Translations under genes and position numbers: made by a program
In this document: positions 51,320 to 61,261 of the stretch, piece after piece
Layout: every line of letters starts with the position of its first letter
How positions within the stretch are numbered: position 1 is the stretch's first letter
Source: an uncultured Fibrobacterota bacterium
GTDB taxonomy: Bacteria; Fibrobacterota; Chitinivibrionia; Chitinivibrionales; FEN-1185
Assembly (NCBI GenBank): GCA_963729895.1
Contig: CAVSQB010000003.1
Coordinates: 1-64,000, forward strand
Direction: 5' to 3'
Length of the DNA: 64,000 nt
The notes under the pieces: generated by a model
Told to the model about the DNA's origin: nothing
What the model saw: the letters and a program-made list of their open reading frames with translations, nothing else
Databases searched by the model: none

Positions 51320-52585
51320 ATGGCCACTCTTCCGCTTCGACTGCTCATTTTCGTCTACAGCGCTCTCATGGAAACCGCCGGCGTGTGCGCCGCAGTGCTT
51401 CTCGGCTCTTCGCATTTATCAACGCAATGGAACCTGCGGGAGCGCAGGCGCGTGTGTCAGCCCCGGACGGCGCGTGCGGCGCCGCAGACGGTGTGGCTCC
51501 ACGCCGCGTCGATGGGCGAGTCGAAGCTGCTCGTGCGGTTCCTGCGCCTTCTGAGGGCGAAACACCCGGGCCAGGCTTACGTGCTCACCGCAACCACGCG
51601 CACCGGCGTGGAATACCTCGCCCGGTGCAGCGGCGACGACATCGCCGCCGTCGGCTTTCTGCCGCTCGACACCGTCCGCCTCATGGGTTCCGTATTGTCA
51701 AAGCATCGGGTGTCGCGCGTGTGGCTTCTGGAAACCGAACTGTGGCCGGCCATGCTCTGGACGTGCCTCGCACGCGGGGTCCCGGTCGGGCTGGTAAACG
51801 CGCGCATCGAGGAGGAGTCGCTTTCCTGGTACCGGCGCCTTGCGTGGCTCATTGCCCCGCTGTTTTCGCACCCCGACGTGATTCTTGCGCAGAACGAGGC
51901 GTATGCAGACCGTTTTGCGAGGCTTGGGATCCCGCGCGCCCGCATCCGCGTCACCGGGAACCTCAAAAGCTACGTGACGGTGCACCCGCTTTCCATGCAG
52001 GAACGCGGCGTTCTCCGCGCTCCCATGGGGCTTTCTCCCAAGGACTGGTGCATCACCGCAGGCTGCGTGCACCGGGGCGAAGGGGTGGTGCTCGCCCGGG
52101 CGCTCGGCATCCTCTCGCAAATGTCGTTTCCCGTCAAGTGCATCGTGGTGCCCCGGCACCTCAAAGATTCCGCCGAGATCGCCCGTGAACTGGAAAACGG
52201 CGTGGTCCGCCTCAGCGACACGGCAGCAGCGCCGGGCTGGAACGTTTGCATCGTGGAGAAGATGGGAATCATGGAAGCCATGTACGGGATAGCCGACGCG
52301 GCATTCGTCGGCGGCACGTTCGATGATACGGGCGGCCACAACATGTGGGACGCGGCCCAGTTCGGCATCCCGGTTGTCTTCGGGCCCAACTACCGCACTC
52401 AGCGGGAAAGCGGCGACCTGCTGCGCGCCGCCGGCGTCGCGTTCTCGGCGTGCGGCGCCGAGGGTCTCGCATCCGCGATAGTGTCCGCGCTCCGCGACGA
52501 CACGCGACGGTTTTCGGATGCACAGGCGACGTTTGCAAAAGCAACAAACGCCAGGAGCCACAACATCGAAGATCTCATACCATGA
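51320..52585 (+). CDS. waaA: KDO transferase
   Basis: WLHAASMGE, ETELWP, VNAR, TGNLK, VPRH, GGHN. Confidence 0.93.
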   Translation: MATLPLRLLIFVYSALMETAGVCAAVLLGSSHLSTQWNLRERRRVCQPRTARAAPQTVWLHAASMGESKLLVRFLRLLRAKHPGQAYVLTATTRTGVEYLARCSGDDIAAVGFLPLDTVRLMGSVLSKHRVSRVWLLETELWPAMLWTCLARGVPVGLVNARIEEESLSWYRRLAWLIAPLFSHPDVILAQNEAYADRFARLGIPRARIRVTGNLKSYVTVHPLSMQERGVLRAPMGLSPKDWCITAGCVHRGEGVVLARALGILSQMSFPVKCIVVPRHLKDSAEIARELENGVVRLSDTAAAPGWNVCIVEKMGIMEAMYGIADAAFVGGTFDDTGGHNMWDAAQFGIPVVFGPNYRTQRESGDLLRAAGVAFSACGAEGLASAIVSALRDDTRRFSDAQATFAKATNARSHNIEDLIP

Positions 52586-53706
52586 GCGCCCTCTTCTCGG
52601 AAGGCGGCGATCTGCTGCTGCGGTTCATTCTCCTCGCAGGAGACGACGCCACGAGCCGTGAGATCGCGCGCGGCGATATCGTGAAGGCCATTCAGGACCG
52701 CCAGCCCGCCGCGGAGGTGGAACGGTACAACGCCGACGACACGGGCTTCACTGCGTTCTTCGAACGCATCATATCGCCTTCGCTTCTCACTCCGCTGCGC
52801 GTCTTTCTTGTCCCGGACGTGCATCTTCTTGACGAAACAGAATTCGAACTGCTCGGCGGGCTCCTCGACTACGACCTCCCCGACGCCTGCGTCGTGCTGG
52901 AAACCGAAAGGATGAGGTCCTCAAAGAAAACCAGAGAGGCGGCCCTGTCGAAAAAATACTCCGCATGGCTCGATGTGTTCGAAGAGCGGGCACAGCGGTC
53001 TCCCTCTGCGTTCCTGGTGCAATTGTTCCCCAAACCGCCCGACTACAAGATGGCCGATTGGGTTGAAGAAAATACGCAGCGTCTGTTCGGCAGACGCATT
53101 TCGAAAACTGACGCCGAGCGACTGGTCGACCTTGTGGGCGCCGACACCGCCGTGCTGCATTCCGAGCTTTCGAAGATAGACCTCTATTTGGCGGCCGGAG
53201 AGACAGTCACGGCAGGCGTCATCGACAAAGTGGCGGGCGCCACCCGGCAGTCAGCCCCGTTTGAGCTTGCCCAGGCGCTTGGGGAAAAGAACATGGCAGA
53301 CGCCCTGGAGATTATCGAATCGATCTACGCGGGAAGCGTGTACCTTCCCCTCTACGTCGGCGCGGTGTTCAGGCATTTCTGGGCGCTGTTCAAGATGAGA
53401 ATGTTTGCAAAAGCGAATCCCGCCGTTCTCGGGGACTACCGGTCTTCGGGCAGGCAAAGGCACAACGACGCGGCACTGGCATTCGGCGTGGCCTCGGGCA
53501 TCCTTACCCGCACGCAGGCGAACCGCCTGTACCCGGCCGTCGTCAAGCCCCGGTTGGTGGATCAGGCGTTGTCCTTCAACTTTGACCACTACAAGCGGGT
53601 TTTCTCCCTGCTCTCCGAGTTCGACAGCGGCATCAAGACCGGCAGGTTCGACGATTCCAAGACGGGATTCCAGGTGTTCTGCTACAGGATCGTCAAGGGG
53701 GTGTAG
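52582..53706 (+). CDS. holA: DNA polymerase III delta subunit
   Basis: LVDLVGAD..SELSKI, FELAQAL, DSGIKTG. Confidence 0.8.
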   Translation: MSALFSEGGDLLLRFILLAGDDATSREIARGDIVKAIQDRQPAAEVERYNADDTGFTAFFERIISPSLLTPLRVFLVPDVHLLDETEFELLGGLLDYDLPDACVVLETERMRSSKKTREAALSKKYSAWLDVFEERAQRSPSAFLVQLFPKPPDYKMADWVEENTQRLFGRRISKTDAERLVDLVGADTAVLHSELSKIDLYLAAGETVTAGVIDKVAGATRQSAPFELAQALGEKNMADALEIIESIYAGSVYLPLYVGAVFRHFWALFKMRMFAKANPAVLGDYRSSGRQRHNDAALAFGVASGILTRTQANRLYPAVVKPRLVDQALSFNFDHYKRVFSLLSEFDSGIKTGRFDDSKTGFQVFCYRIVKGV

Positions 53707-53854
53707 CCTCGTGATATTCAGAAATGTCAAGGCAATGCCTGCAGTGCTTCAAAACCTGCTTGACGCTGCCGTCCGCGCAGGTTAATTTGATTACGCAAAC
53801 AGCAGGAGATTACGGTATTTTCAACCAGAAACGGGCATCCCCCCAGGCAGGATT

Positions 53855-55381
53855 ATGTCGGTACTTTTGCGAAAATCGAAACTCCCCGTTTTTCTCTTCA
53901 TTTGTTCCCTGTCTTTGTACCGGTGCAGCTCCAGCCCGGTTGCGCCCGCTTCAACAGGGATCATTCAGGGACGCGTCTTGAATGCCGCGAACCTTTCGAA
54001 CCCCACTCCGATCGCGGGCGCAAGCGTCTGGACGGCGCCGGTCACGCGTGCGGTGATTACGGATTCGCTGGGCAGATACACCATAGACAGTTTTCCCGCC
54101 GGTCAATATACGGTGGCAGCCTCCCAAACCGGTTATGTTCTCGGCATCGATTCAATCACGGTATCGGCCAACACCATAACGACGCAAGACATATACCTGG
54201 AGCCCGGAGTTATTGCCATTCCGGCAGCTCCCCTGATCGACACAGTGGCGGCAGGCGACTCAAGCGTGACGGTGCGTTGGTATCCCGCAAACGGGGCAAC
54301 GTCCTACAAACTTTATTACAAACAGGGAACAACAATCGACAGCGTAAGCGGAACGCCGGATACGGTCGTCACGGGAACCGCCGTCACAATCAGGAGCTTG
54401 ATAAACGATACGATGTATGCGTTTGCGGTAATCGCGGTAAACACCGCCGGAGCGTCCCCACTGAGTGCGGTGCGCACGGCGAAGCCCGGCATGGGGCTCG
54501 CAGCGCCTTCCGTTCCGGTGATTTCTATCGCCGCGCCGGGCGACGGAAGCGTCAAGGTAACCTGGAACAGTGTTACCGGCGCAACGTCGTACAACCTCTA
54601 TTACGACACGGGGGCAATTGTTTCCAAGGCAGGCGGGACGGTGGCGGCCGGAATCGCCTCTCCAATCCTGATAACCGGTCTCACAAACCAAACACAATAT
54701 GCGTTCGCGGTAAGCGCCGTGAATAGCGGAGGAGAATCGGGACTGAGCGCGGTGCTGACAGCGACGCCAAGCGCGGCTTCCGCCGCGGCCACCGTCACCG
54801 ATACCGATGGAAATGTCTATCACCTCGACACAATCGGCGCGCAAGTCTGGATGGTGGAGAACCTGAGAACCACCAGATTCAACGATGGGACCCCGATACC
54901 GCTGGTTACCGAGAATGTTGCCTGGACTGCTCTCACAACGCCAGGGTACTGCTGGAACAATAATGATTCCGTGGCGAACAAAGGGACGTATGGCGCGCTA
55001 TACAACTGGTATGCGGTCAACACCGGAAAACTGGCCCCAAAAGGCTGGCACGTAGCGTCAGATTCCGAATGGGGCGTGCTCGTCATAACCCTTGGCGGCG
55101 ATGATTCGGCTGCCGGCAAGCTGAAGGAAGCCGGCACGGTACATTGGCTGTTCCCCAACACCGGAGCCACAAATATCACAGGGTTTTCGGCGCTCCCGGG
55201 AGGATTCCGGTACGACTACGGCGCATTCGCCGCCATGGGCGTTTCGGGCTGCTGGTGGTCGTCTACGGCGTTCGTTGCGACCGATTCGTGGTGCCGTTCC
55301 ATGGACTACAGTACCGCTGCCGTTGCCCGCGCCGACGACTACCGGACTTTTGGTTTGAGCGTCCGGTGCGTCCGGGATTAA
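53855..55381 (+). CDS. lipoprotein: carboxypeptidase-regulatory-like + 2x FN3 + FISUMP domain
   Basis: DTDGNVY..IGAQVWMVENL, YGALYNW, GFSALPGG, WWSST, SVRCVRD. Confidence 0.9.
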   Translation: MSVLLRKSKLPVFLFICSLSLYRCSSSPVAPASTGIIQGRVLNAANLSNPTPIAGASVWTAPVTRAVITDSLGRYTIDSFPAGQYTVAASQTGYVLGIDSITVSANTITTQDIYLEPGVIAIPAAPLIDTVAAGDSSVTVRWYPANGATSYKLYYKQGTTIDSVSGTPDTVVTGTAVTIRSLINDTMYAFAVIAVNTAGASPLSAVRTAKPGMGLAAPSVPVISIAAPGDGSVKVTWNSVTGATSYNLYYDTGAIVSKAGGTVAAGIASPILITGLTNQTQYAFAVSAVNSGGESGLSAVLTATPSAASAAATVTDTDGNVYHLDTIGAQVWMVENLRTTRFNDGTPIPLVTENVAWTALTTPGYCWNNNDSVANKGTYGALYNWYAVNTGKLAPKGWHVASDSEWGVLVITLGGDDSAAGKLKEAGTVHWLFPNTGATNITGFSALPGGFRYDYGAFAAMGVSGCWWSSTAFVATDSWCRSMDYSTAAVARADDYRTFGLSVRCVRD

Positions 55382-55530
55382 TTGAAGAATCCCGCGACAC
55401 GGCGCGCGTCGTTCCTTCCCCGGCTCCCCCATTCTTCGCTTGGGGTATTCCCCTTTCCTAAACTATTTTTAGGGTGAAACCCGCGCTGATTTACAAGGTG
55501 CGAGTCGGGCATTTTCAGGGCAGGGAACCC

Positions 55531-56265
55531 ATGCGCTATTTCTTCCGGGTCGAATACGACGGTACGCGCTACAACGGTTGGCAGTCCCAGGAAAACGCGC
55601 CCAGCATTCAGGACGCGCTGAACGCGGCGTTCGGCACCGTGGTACGGTATCCCTGCGTCGTCACGGGTGCAGGCCGCACCGATGCGGGTGTGCACGCCGC
55701 GGCGCAGGGTGCGCATGTCGACATCGACGCCGATATCAACCTTGCGCGGTGCGAACGGTCGGTGAATGCCGTACTCGACGACGACATCTGCGTGTACGGC
55801 ATGCAGCGGGTGGCGCCGGACTTTCATGCGCGGTATTCGGCGCAGGCGCGGCGGTACAACTATTCGATGGTAAGCAGGAAGAAGCCGCTCCTTTACAAAA
55901 AGGTCTGGATGGTGTTTTACGAAGTCGATTGGGACAGGGTGCGGGCTAACATCCCCATGCTCGTCGGCACGCACGACTTTTCCGCGTTCTGCGCCGCCGG
56001 CACGTCCACCGAGAACAAGGTGTGCACGGTACGAAGCGCGTCGCTTTCCGAAGAAGCGGACCTGCGGGTGTTTTCCATCACGGCCGACCGCTTCATTTAT
56101 AAAATGGTGCGATCGATCGTTGGAACGCTTATCGACATAGGAAGGGGCCGCCTTGCCACGACCATGGGTGAGATCATCGCGGGCAAAGACAAAGAGGCGG
56201 CCGGCGAAACGGCGCCGGCCTGCGGGCTCGTGCTTGATTATGTGGAATATCCCGGTATTGTCTGA
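55531..56265 (+). CDS. truA: tRNA pseudouridine(38-40) synthase
   Basis: YDGTRYNGWQ, GAGRTDAGVHA, FHARYSA, MVRSIVG. Confidence 0.96.
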   Translation: MRYFFRVEYDGTRYNGWQSQENAPSIQDALNAAFGTVVRYPCVVTGAGRTDAGVHAAAQGAHVDIDADINLARCERSVNAVLDDDICVYGMQRVAPDFHARYSAQARRYNYSMVSRKKPLLYKKVWMVFYEVDWDRVRANIPMLVGTHDFSAFCAAGTSTENKVCTVRSASLSEEADLRVFSITADRFIYKMVRSIVGTLIDIGRGRLATTMGEIIAGKDKEAAGETAPACGLVLDYVEYPGIV

Positions 56266-56277
56266 GAGAGAGAACTC

Positions 56278-57516
56278 ATGAAAACCAGCGTAACGGCATC
56301 CGACGGCGGAAGGACCGGCGTTTACATTCTTCTGCTGCTCGTCGGTCTCGTTGTGGGCGGCATTTCCGGCGCCGAAATTTTCCGCAGGCTTTCCGGCGGC
56401 GGGGAGACGCAGCCCGTTGCGGCGCAGCCCCGGGACTCAACGGCTGATGCGGCCCGCCGGCAATCGGGCGACGCGGCCGCGGCGGACAACATCACGGGAA
56501 GCCGCAGCAATGCAATCGTTCGGGCCACCAGGATCGTGTCGCCGAGCGTTGTGGGCATCGTGGTGACGCAGCTGCAAGTGGTGCGGCGGTCCTATTCGTC
56601 GGACGAATTCTTCGATTTCTTCTTCAGCCCCGAGCTTGTTCCCCGGGTGCGCGAGGTGGAGCGAATGGGATCGGGATTCTTGTTCAGCAAGGACGGATAC
56701 ATTCTCACCAATTATCATGTGGTGGAGCAGGCGCAAAAGCTGTACGTGACGCTTTCCGACGGCAACCAGATCGAAGCGCGCGTCGTGGGCGTGGATCCGC
56801 AGACCGACCTCGCGGTTGTTGCCGTCAAGGGAGCAAACTATTCCTGCGCACCGCTCGGCGAGTCGGACAAGCTCATGATCGGCGAATGGGCCATCGCCAT
56901 CGGCAACCCGTTCGGGTTCTTCATCAACGACGCCCGGCCGACGGTGACCCTCGGCGTTATCTCGGCTGTCGACCGCAATTTTGCCCCCTCGGAAGGCGTG
57001 TACTACCAGGGCATGATCCAGACCGACGCGGCCATCAACCAGGGCAATTCGGGCGGACCGCTGGTCAACGCGCTCGGCGAGGTGATCGGCATCAACACCT
57101 TTATCTTTACGGGAAGCGACAGTTACCGCGGGTCAATCGGCATCGGCTTCGCCATTCCCATAGACCGGGCAAAGCGGGTCGCAAAGGAACTTATCACCTA
57201 CGGCAAGCGGCGTCTCATTTATACGGGCATATCAGTTCAGGACCTCAGCCGGTCCATTGCCCAGGCGCTCGGGTACAACCGCACGAACGGCGTTGTCATA
57301 TCGGAAATTTCAAAGGCCAGCCCGGGCGAGGCCGCAAAGCTCCTGCGCGGCGACATCATCGTGCAGATGGGCAGCCGCCCCATCCATTCGTCGGCGGATA
57401 TCGGCGGGTTTTTCCTTGATTACTTTGTGGGGGATTCGGTGATCATCAGCTATATACGAAAAGGGAAACCCCTGCAGACCACCATTGTGCTCGGCGAATA
57501 CAAAGAAAAACGTTAA
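56278..57516 (+). CDS. HtrA/DegP-family serine protease with one PDZ domain
   Basis: TNYHVV, TDLAV, INQGNSGGPL. Confidence 0.93.
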   Translation: MKTSVTASDGGRTGVYILLLLVGLVVGGISGAEIFRRLSGGGETQPVAAQPRDSTADAARRQSGDAAAADNITGSRSNAIVRATRIVSPSVVGIVVTQLQVVRRSYSSDEFFDFFFSPELVPRVREVERMGSGFLFSKDGYILTNYHVVEQAQKLYVTLSDGNQIEARVVGVDPQTDLAVVAVKGANYSCAPLGESDKLMIGEWAIAIGNPFGFFINDARPTVTLGVISAVDRNFAPSEGVYYQGMIQTDAAINQGNSGGPLVNALGEVIGINTFIFTGSDSYRGSIGIGFAIPIDRAKRVAKELITYGKRRLIYTGISVQDLSRSIAQALGYNRTNGVVISEISKASPGEAAKLLRGDIIVQMGSRPIHSSADIGGFFLDYFVGDSVIISYIRKGKPLQTTIVLGEYKEKR

Positions 57517-57707
57517 CCCGCTCTGTCAAGAAAGAGCTGAACGGCCCGGCCGGAGCGAAAGTATATTTACACAAGCCTTTCGCTCCCGCACCTGTGCGCG
57601 CAACGGCCATCGTTCCACAACTGCGTGCGCGGGAAACGAAAAGGGTGCGGCGCGTTCGGGCGGGGGCTTTGTGGAACAAAAACCGTGTAGCGCAGAAGGA
57701 AGGTGCC

Positions 57708-58007
57708 ATGGCGGTCGGATTCAAGGACAGAAACATTTGGACACTGGTTCTCGTCGTCATCGTCGGAATCCTCATCGGCTCGTACCTCGGGACGCTTTTT
57801 GCCCTCATGCCAGGCGGCGGCAACGTGGTAAAAACGTTTTTCACGTATAACTTCATTTCGTTCGGGTTTGGCGATTTTGTCAACAACAAGCCGCTGCTTA
57901 TCGATCTCGCCGCCATCAAATTCCAGATCGGGTTCCAGATGAAGTTCAATTTGCTTTCCGTGATTGGCGTTTTCGTGAGCCTCTACCTGTTCAGATGGTA
58001 CAAGTGA
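57708..58007 (+). CDS. DUF4321-like membrane protein
   Basis: Two hydrophobic segments; IDLAAIKF..FNLLSVIG. Confidence 0.7.
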   Translation: MAVGFKDRNIWTLVLVVIVGILIGSYLGTLFALMPGGGNVVKTFFTYNFISFGFGDFVNNKPLLIDLAAIKFQIGFQMKFNLLSVIGVFVSLYLFRWYK

Positions 58008-58023
58008 AACAAGGAATGCGTCG

Positions 58024-59463
58024 ATGAGGTTTTTCCCCGGGACCGTTGCGGAAACCGTTGCAGGACTGCTTCGCGGCGAGACGACGAGCAGGCAGCTGGT
58101 GACGCTCGCCCTCGACCGCATTCGCGCGCAGGATCCAGCCCTCCACTCCTTTATTTCAGTGGAACCCGAGGCCGCGCTTTCCCACGCCGACGAACTTGAC
58201 AAACTGCCATACGGGAGAAAAGCCGTTATGCCGCTGTTCGGCATTCCCGTGGCCGTCAAGGACAACATCGTTACCGCCGGCGTCGCCACCACGTGCGCAT
58301 CAAGGATGTTGGAAAACTTTGTTCCGCCCTACAGCGCAGCGGTCGTCGAAGCGCTCCTCGCCGCCGGTGCGGTTATCGTGGGCAAGACAAACCTTGACGA
58401 ATTCGCCATGGGGTCCAGCACCGAAAACTCCTATTTCGGCGCAACCAGGAACCCGCACAATCCCGACTGCATCCCCGGCGGGTCGAGCGGCGGCAGCGCA
58501 GCGGCGGTCGCGGCGGGCCTTGTTCCCCTGGCGCTCGGATCGGACACCGGCGGATCAATCAGGCAGCCGTGCTGCCACTGCGGCGTTGCGGGGCTCAAGC
58601 CGACCTACGGGCGCGTATCGCGGTACGGACTCGTGGCATTCGCCTCTTCCCTCGACCAGATCGGCCCGATCGCGTCAGACGTTCGCGATGTGGGTTTGCT
58701 CTTGTCGGTTCTCTCGGTTCCCGACGCTCGCGACTCGACATGCGCGGGCAGGCGGTTTACAAACAGTCCCAGTCTTTACACTGGCAACCCGGGCGGTCTC
58801 ACCGTGGGAGTTCCACAGGAGTATTTTGCCGAAGGGCTTTCCCCGGGAGTGCAGTCCGCCATTGAATCCCTCATGGCAAAACTCGCTGCCGCCGGGTGCA
58901 AGCTGGTAAACCTGTCGCTTCCCAACCTTGGCCACGGCATCGCCACCTACTACATCGTATGTACGGCGGAGGCGTCGTCGAACCTCGCGCGTTACGACGG
59001 CGTCAAGTACGGCCATCGCAGCGCCCATCCGGCGTCCCTCATTGATATGTACCAGACAACTCGCCAGCAGGGTTTTGGCGCCGAAGTCAAGCGCCGCATC
59101 ATGCTCGGCACCTACGTGCTGTCGTCGGGCTACTATGACGCCTACTACTTGAAGGCGGCCAGGGTGCGCACGCTCATCGCGCAAGACTTCGACCGTGCCT
59201 TTGCGAAATGCGACGCCGTCATTTCTCCCGTTGCGCCCACCACGGCGTTCAAGCTCGGCGAAAAGTGCAGCGATCCGCTCCAGATGTACCTCACCGACAT
59301 CTATACCGTGTCGGCAAACCTCGCCGGCATCCCCGGCATCTCCGTTCCGTGCGGAGAAGCGTCCGGCCTGCCGGTGGGCGTGCAATTCATGGCGCCGCAG
59401 TGGCGGGAAGACACCCTGCTGAAATTGGGGTTTGCGGCCCAGGAATTGACTAAGAGCAACTAG
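58024..59463 (+). CDS. gatA: Asp/Glu-tRNA amidotransferase subunit A
   Basis: GGSSGGS, GSDTGGSIRQP, SNLARYDG, RRIMLGTY. Confidence 0.97.
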   Translation: MRFFPGTVAETVAGLLRGETTSRQLVTLALDRIRAQDPALHSFISVEPEAALSHADELDKLPYGRKAVMPLFGIPVAVKDNIVTAGVATTCASRMLENFVPPYSAAVVEALLAAGAVIVGKTNLDEFAMGSSTENSYFGATRNPHNPDCIPGGSSGGSAAAVAAGLVPLALGSDTGGSIRQPCCHCGVAGLKPTYGRVSRYGLVAFASSLDQIGPIASDVRDVGLLLSVLSVPDARDSTCAGRRFTNSPSLYTGNPGGLTVGVPQEYFAEGLSPGVQSAIESLMAKLAAAGCKLVNLSLPNLGHGIATYYIVCTAEASSNLARYDGVKYGHRSAHPASLIDMYQTTRQQGFGAEVKRRIMLGTYVLSSGYYDAYYLKAARVRTLIAQDFDRAFAKCDAVISPVAPTTAFKLGEKCSDPLQMYLTDIYTVSANLAGIPGISVPCGEASGLPVGVQFMAPQWREDTLLKLGFAAQELTKSN

Positions 59464-59585
59464 AAATCGCATAATCGTTTTATTATTTTTTCCCCCTCTC
59501 CTGGGTGCTCCCGCCGAGAGAGGGGCTGCGAGAATCGCCAGCGAAGTGTCGCTTTACAGATGAAGTTGCTTGGTCTTGATTGTGT

Positions 59586-59683
59586 TGAGAATTTTATAAC
59601 CGGGTGTTTGTAGGGTGCGCGCAACAGGAGGTTCGGGCTTGCCACGGGTACTTCCACGCTGCACCCGCTCAGCAACCCAAAAT
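59586..59683. repeat. 98-bp dispersed structured repeat, copy B
   Basis: Reverse complement matches 13403-13500. Confidence 0.85.
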
Positions 59684-59722
59684 TGCATTTTATTTATCGC
59701 TGTCATTTTTCCCCTATCGTTC

Positions 59723-60259
59723 ATGGATCGCAAATCCTTTATCACGTATCTTCTGGCAGTAAATACGCTGTCGTTTTGTGCCGTCCTTTCGTTCTCCTGT
59801 GCCTCCTCTTCCCGTTCCGTCAAGTCTTTGTCCGACAACGTCGGCCCGTCTGTTTCCGCAGGCCAGGAATCCTCCACCCAGGCGATTCCCGAAGACAAGC
59901 TCCGCAGGATCGTCGCGTCCTACCTGGGAGTGCGATATAAAACCGGCGGCATGGACAGGCATGGGTTCGACTGCTCGGGATTTGTGGTGGTGGTGTTCCG
60001 CGAGCTGTGCCGCGCCAGGCTGCCGCGGTCAACCAAAGAGCTCAGGCGGTTCGGCCGTGAGGTGTCGCGGAAGGACGCGCGGCCCGGCGATCTTGTTTTT
60101 GTCAAAGGCGGGGCGTTCAATTCGATCAACCATGTCGGGATCTATATGGGGAACGGCACGTTCGTGCACGCCAGTTCCTCAAAAGGTATTCGGTACGACA
60201 GGCTTGACGACGAGTATTACACGAACCATTTTGCAATGATACGGAGGGTTGTCCCATGA
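59723..60259 (+). CDS. NlpC/P60 lipoprotein
   Basis: Lipobox FSC; FDCSG, PGDLVF, HVGIY, FVHAS. Confidence 0.92.
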   Translation: MDRKSFITYLLAVNTLSFCAVLSFSCASSSRSVKSLSDNVGPSVSAGQESSTQAIPEDKLRRIVASYLGVRYKTGGMDRHGFDCSGFVVVVFRELCRARLPRSTKELRRFGREVSRKDARPGDLVFVKGGAFNSINHVGIYMGNGTFVHASSSKGIRYDRLDDEYYTNHFAMIRRVVP

Positions 60260-61107
60260 AGATCGCTTTTGCCGGAGAAAAGGGCGCGTTCGCCGAGCTT
60301 GCCGCAGCCCAGCATTTTGGACCCCGCCACGCCCTGGTGCCGGTGCCGGAGTTCGAAGACGTGTTCGCCTCGGTGTCGCGGGGCAAGGTTTCCCACGGGA
60401 TCATCCCGATTGAAAACTCCCTCACGGGAAGCATTCACCAGAACTACGATCTGCTTCTGGAAGGCGACCTGTTTATCACGGGCGAAATCTTCCTGCGGGT
60501 GTCCCATTACCTCATTGCAAACCGCGGTGTCAAGCGGCACAATATCCGCCGCGTATTTTCCCATCCTCAGGGACTTGCACAATGCAGGGCCTTCCTGAAG
60601 AAAATGCCCGACGCGGAGCGCATTCCGGTGTCCAACACCGCTGTGGCCGTGCGCAAGATACGCGACGGCAGGCTGCTTGACGCTGCGGCAATAGCCTCGC
60701 TCCAGGCCGCAATCGATTACGATATGAGCGTGCTCGCGGAGAATATCGAGGACAACAAAGCCAACATTACCCGGTTCCTCATTCTTTCCAGGCAGAAAGG
60801 TGCGGTACCGCATGCCGCAAAGAACTGCAAAACCTCGGTCGTGTTCTCTCTTAAAAATATTCCAGGGGCGCTTTTTAAAAGCCTCAGCGTGTTTGCCCTG
60901 CGCGACATCGACTTGCTTAAGATCGAGTCCCGGCCGGTGCACGGCAAACCCTTCGAATATCTTTTCTATCTCGACTTCGCCGGGGACTGCGGCGATGAAC
61001 GCCAGGCGAACGCGCTCAACCACCTGCGCGAAATCACGATGTTCTGCAGGCCGCTCGGCTCATACGAGCGGGGCAAGCTGGTGCATCCGGAGTATAAGAA
61101 AAGGTGA
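60256..61107 (+). CDS. pheA: prephenate dehydratase
   Basis: PIENS, SHPQGLAQC, TRF, ACT-domain IESRP. Confidence 0.93.
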   Translation: MKIAFAGEKGAFAELAAAQHFGPRHALVPVPEFEDVFASVSRGKVSHGIIPIENSLTGSIHQNYDLLLEGDLFITGEIFLRVSHYLIANRGVKRHNIRRVFSHPQGLAQCRAFLKKMPDAERIPVSNTAVAVRKIRDGRLLDAAAIASLQAAIDYDMSVLAENIEDNKANITRFLILSRQKGAVPHAAKNCKTSVVFSLKNIPGALFKSLSVFALRDIDLLKIESRPVHGKPFEYLFYLDFAGDCGDERQANALNHLREITMFCRPLGSYERGKLVHPEYKKR

Positions 61108-61261
61108 GGATGAAGGTGGAAGGATGAAGGATGAACAAAAACAATTAAGAGGTTTCACAGCCTGATAATGCTGAGTGCAAACCTCTTTTGTTCGTACCCT
61201 TAGGCCCTTTGGATTTGACTTCTTTTCTTCATTCATCCTTCCGCCTTCAGCCTTCAGCCTT
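61107..61261. repeat. inverted heptamer arrays (GGATGAA / TTCAKCC)
   Basis: GGATGAA-type units at 61108-61135 and complementary units at 61226-61261. Confidence 0.65.
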
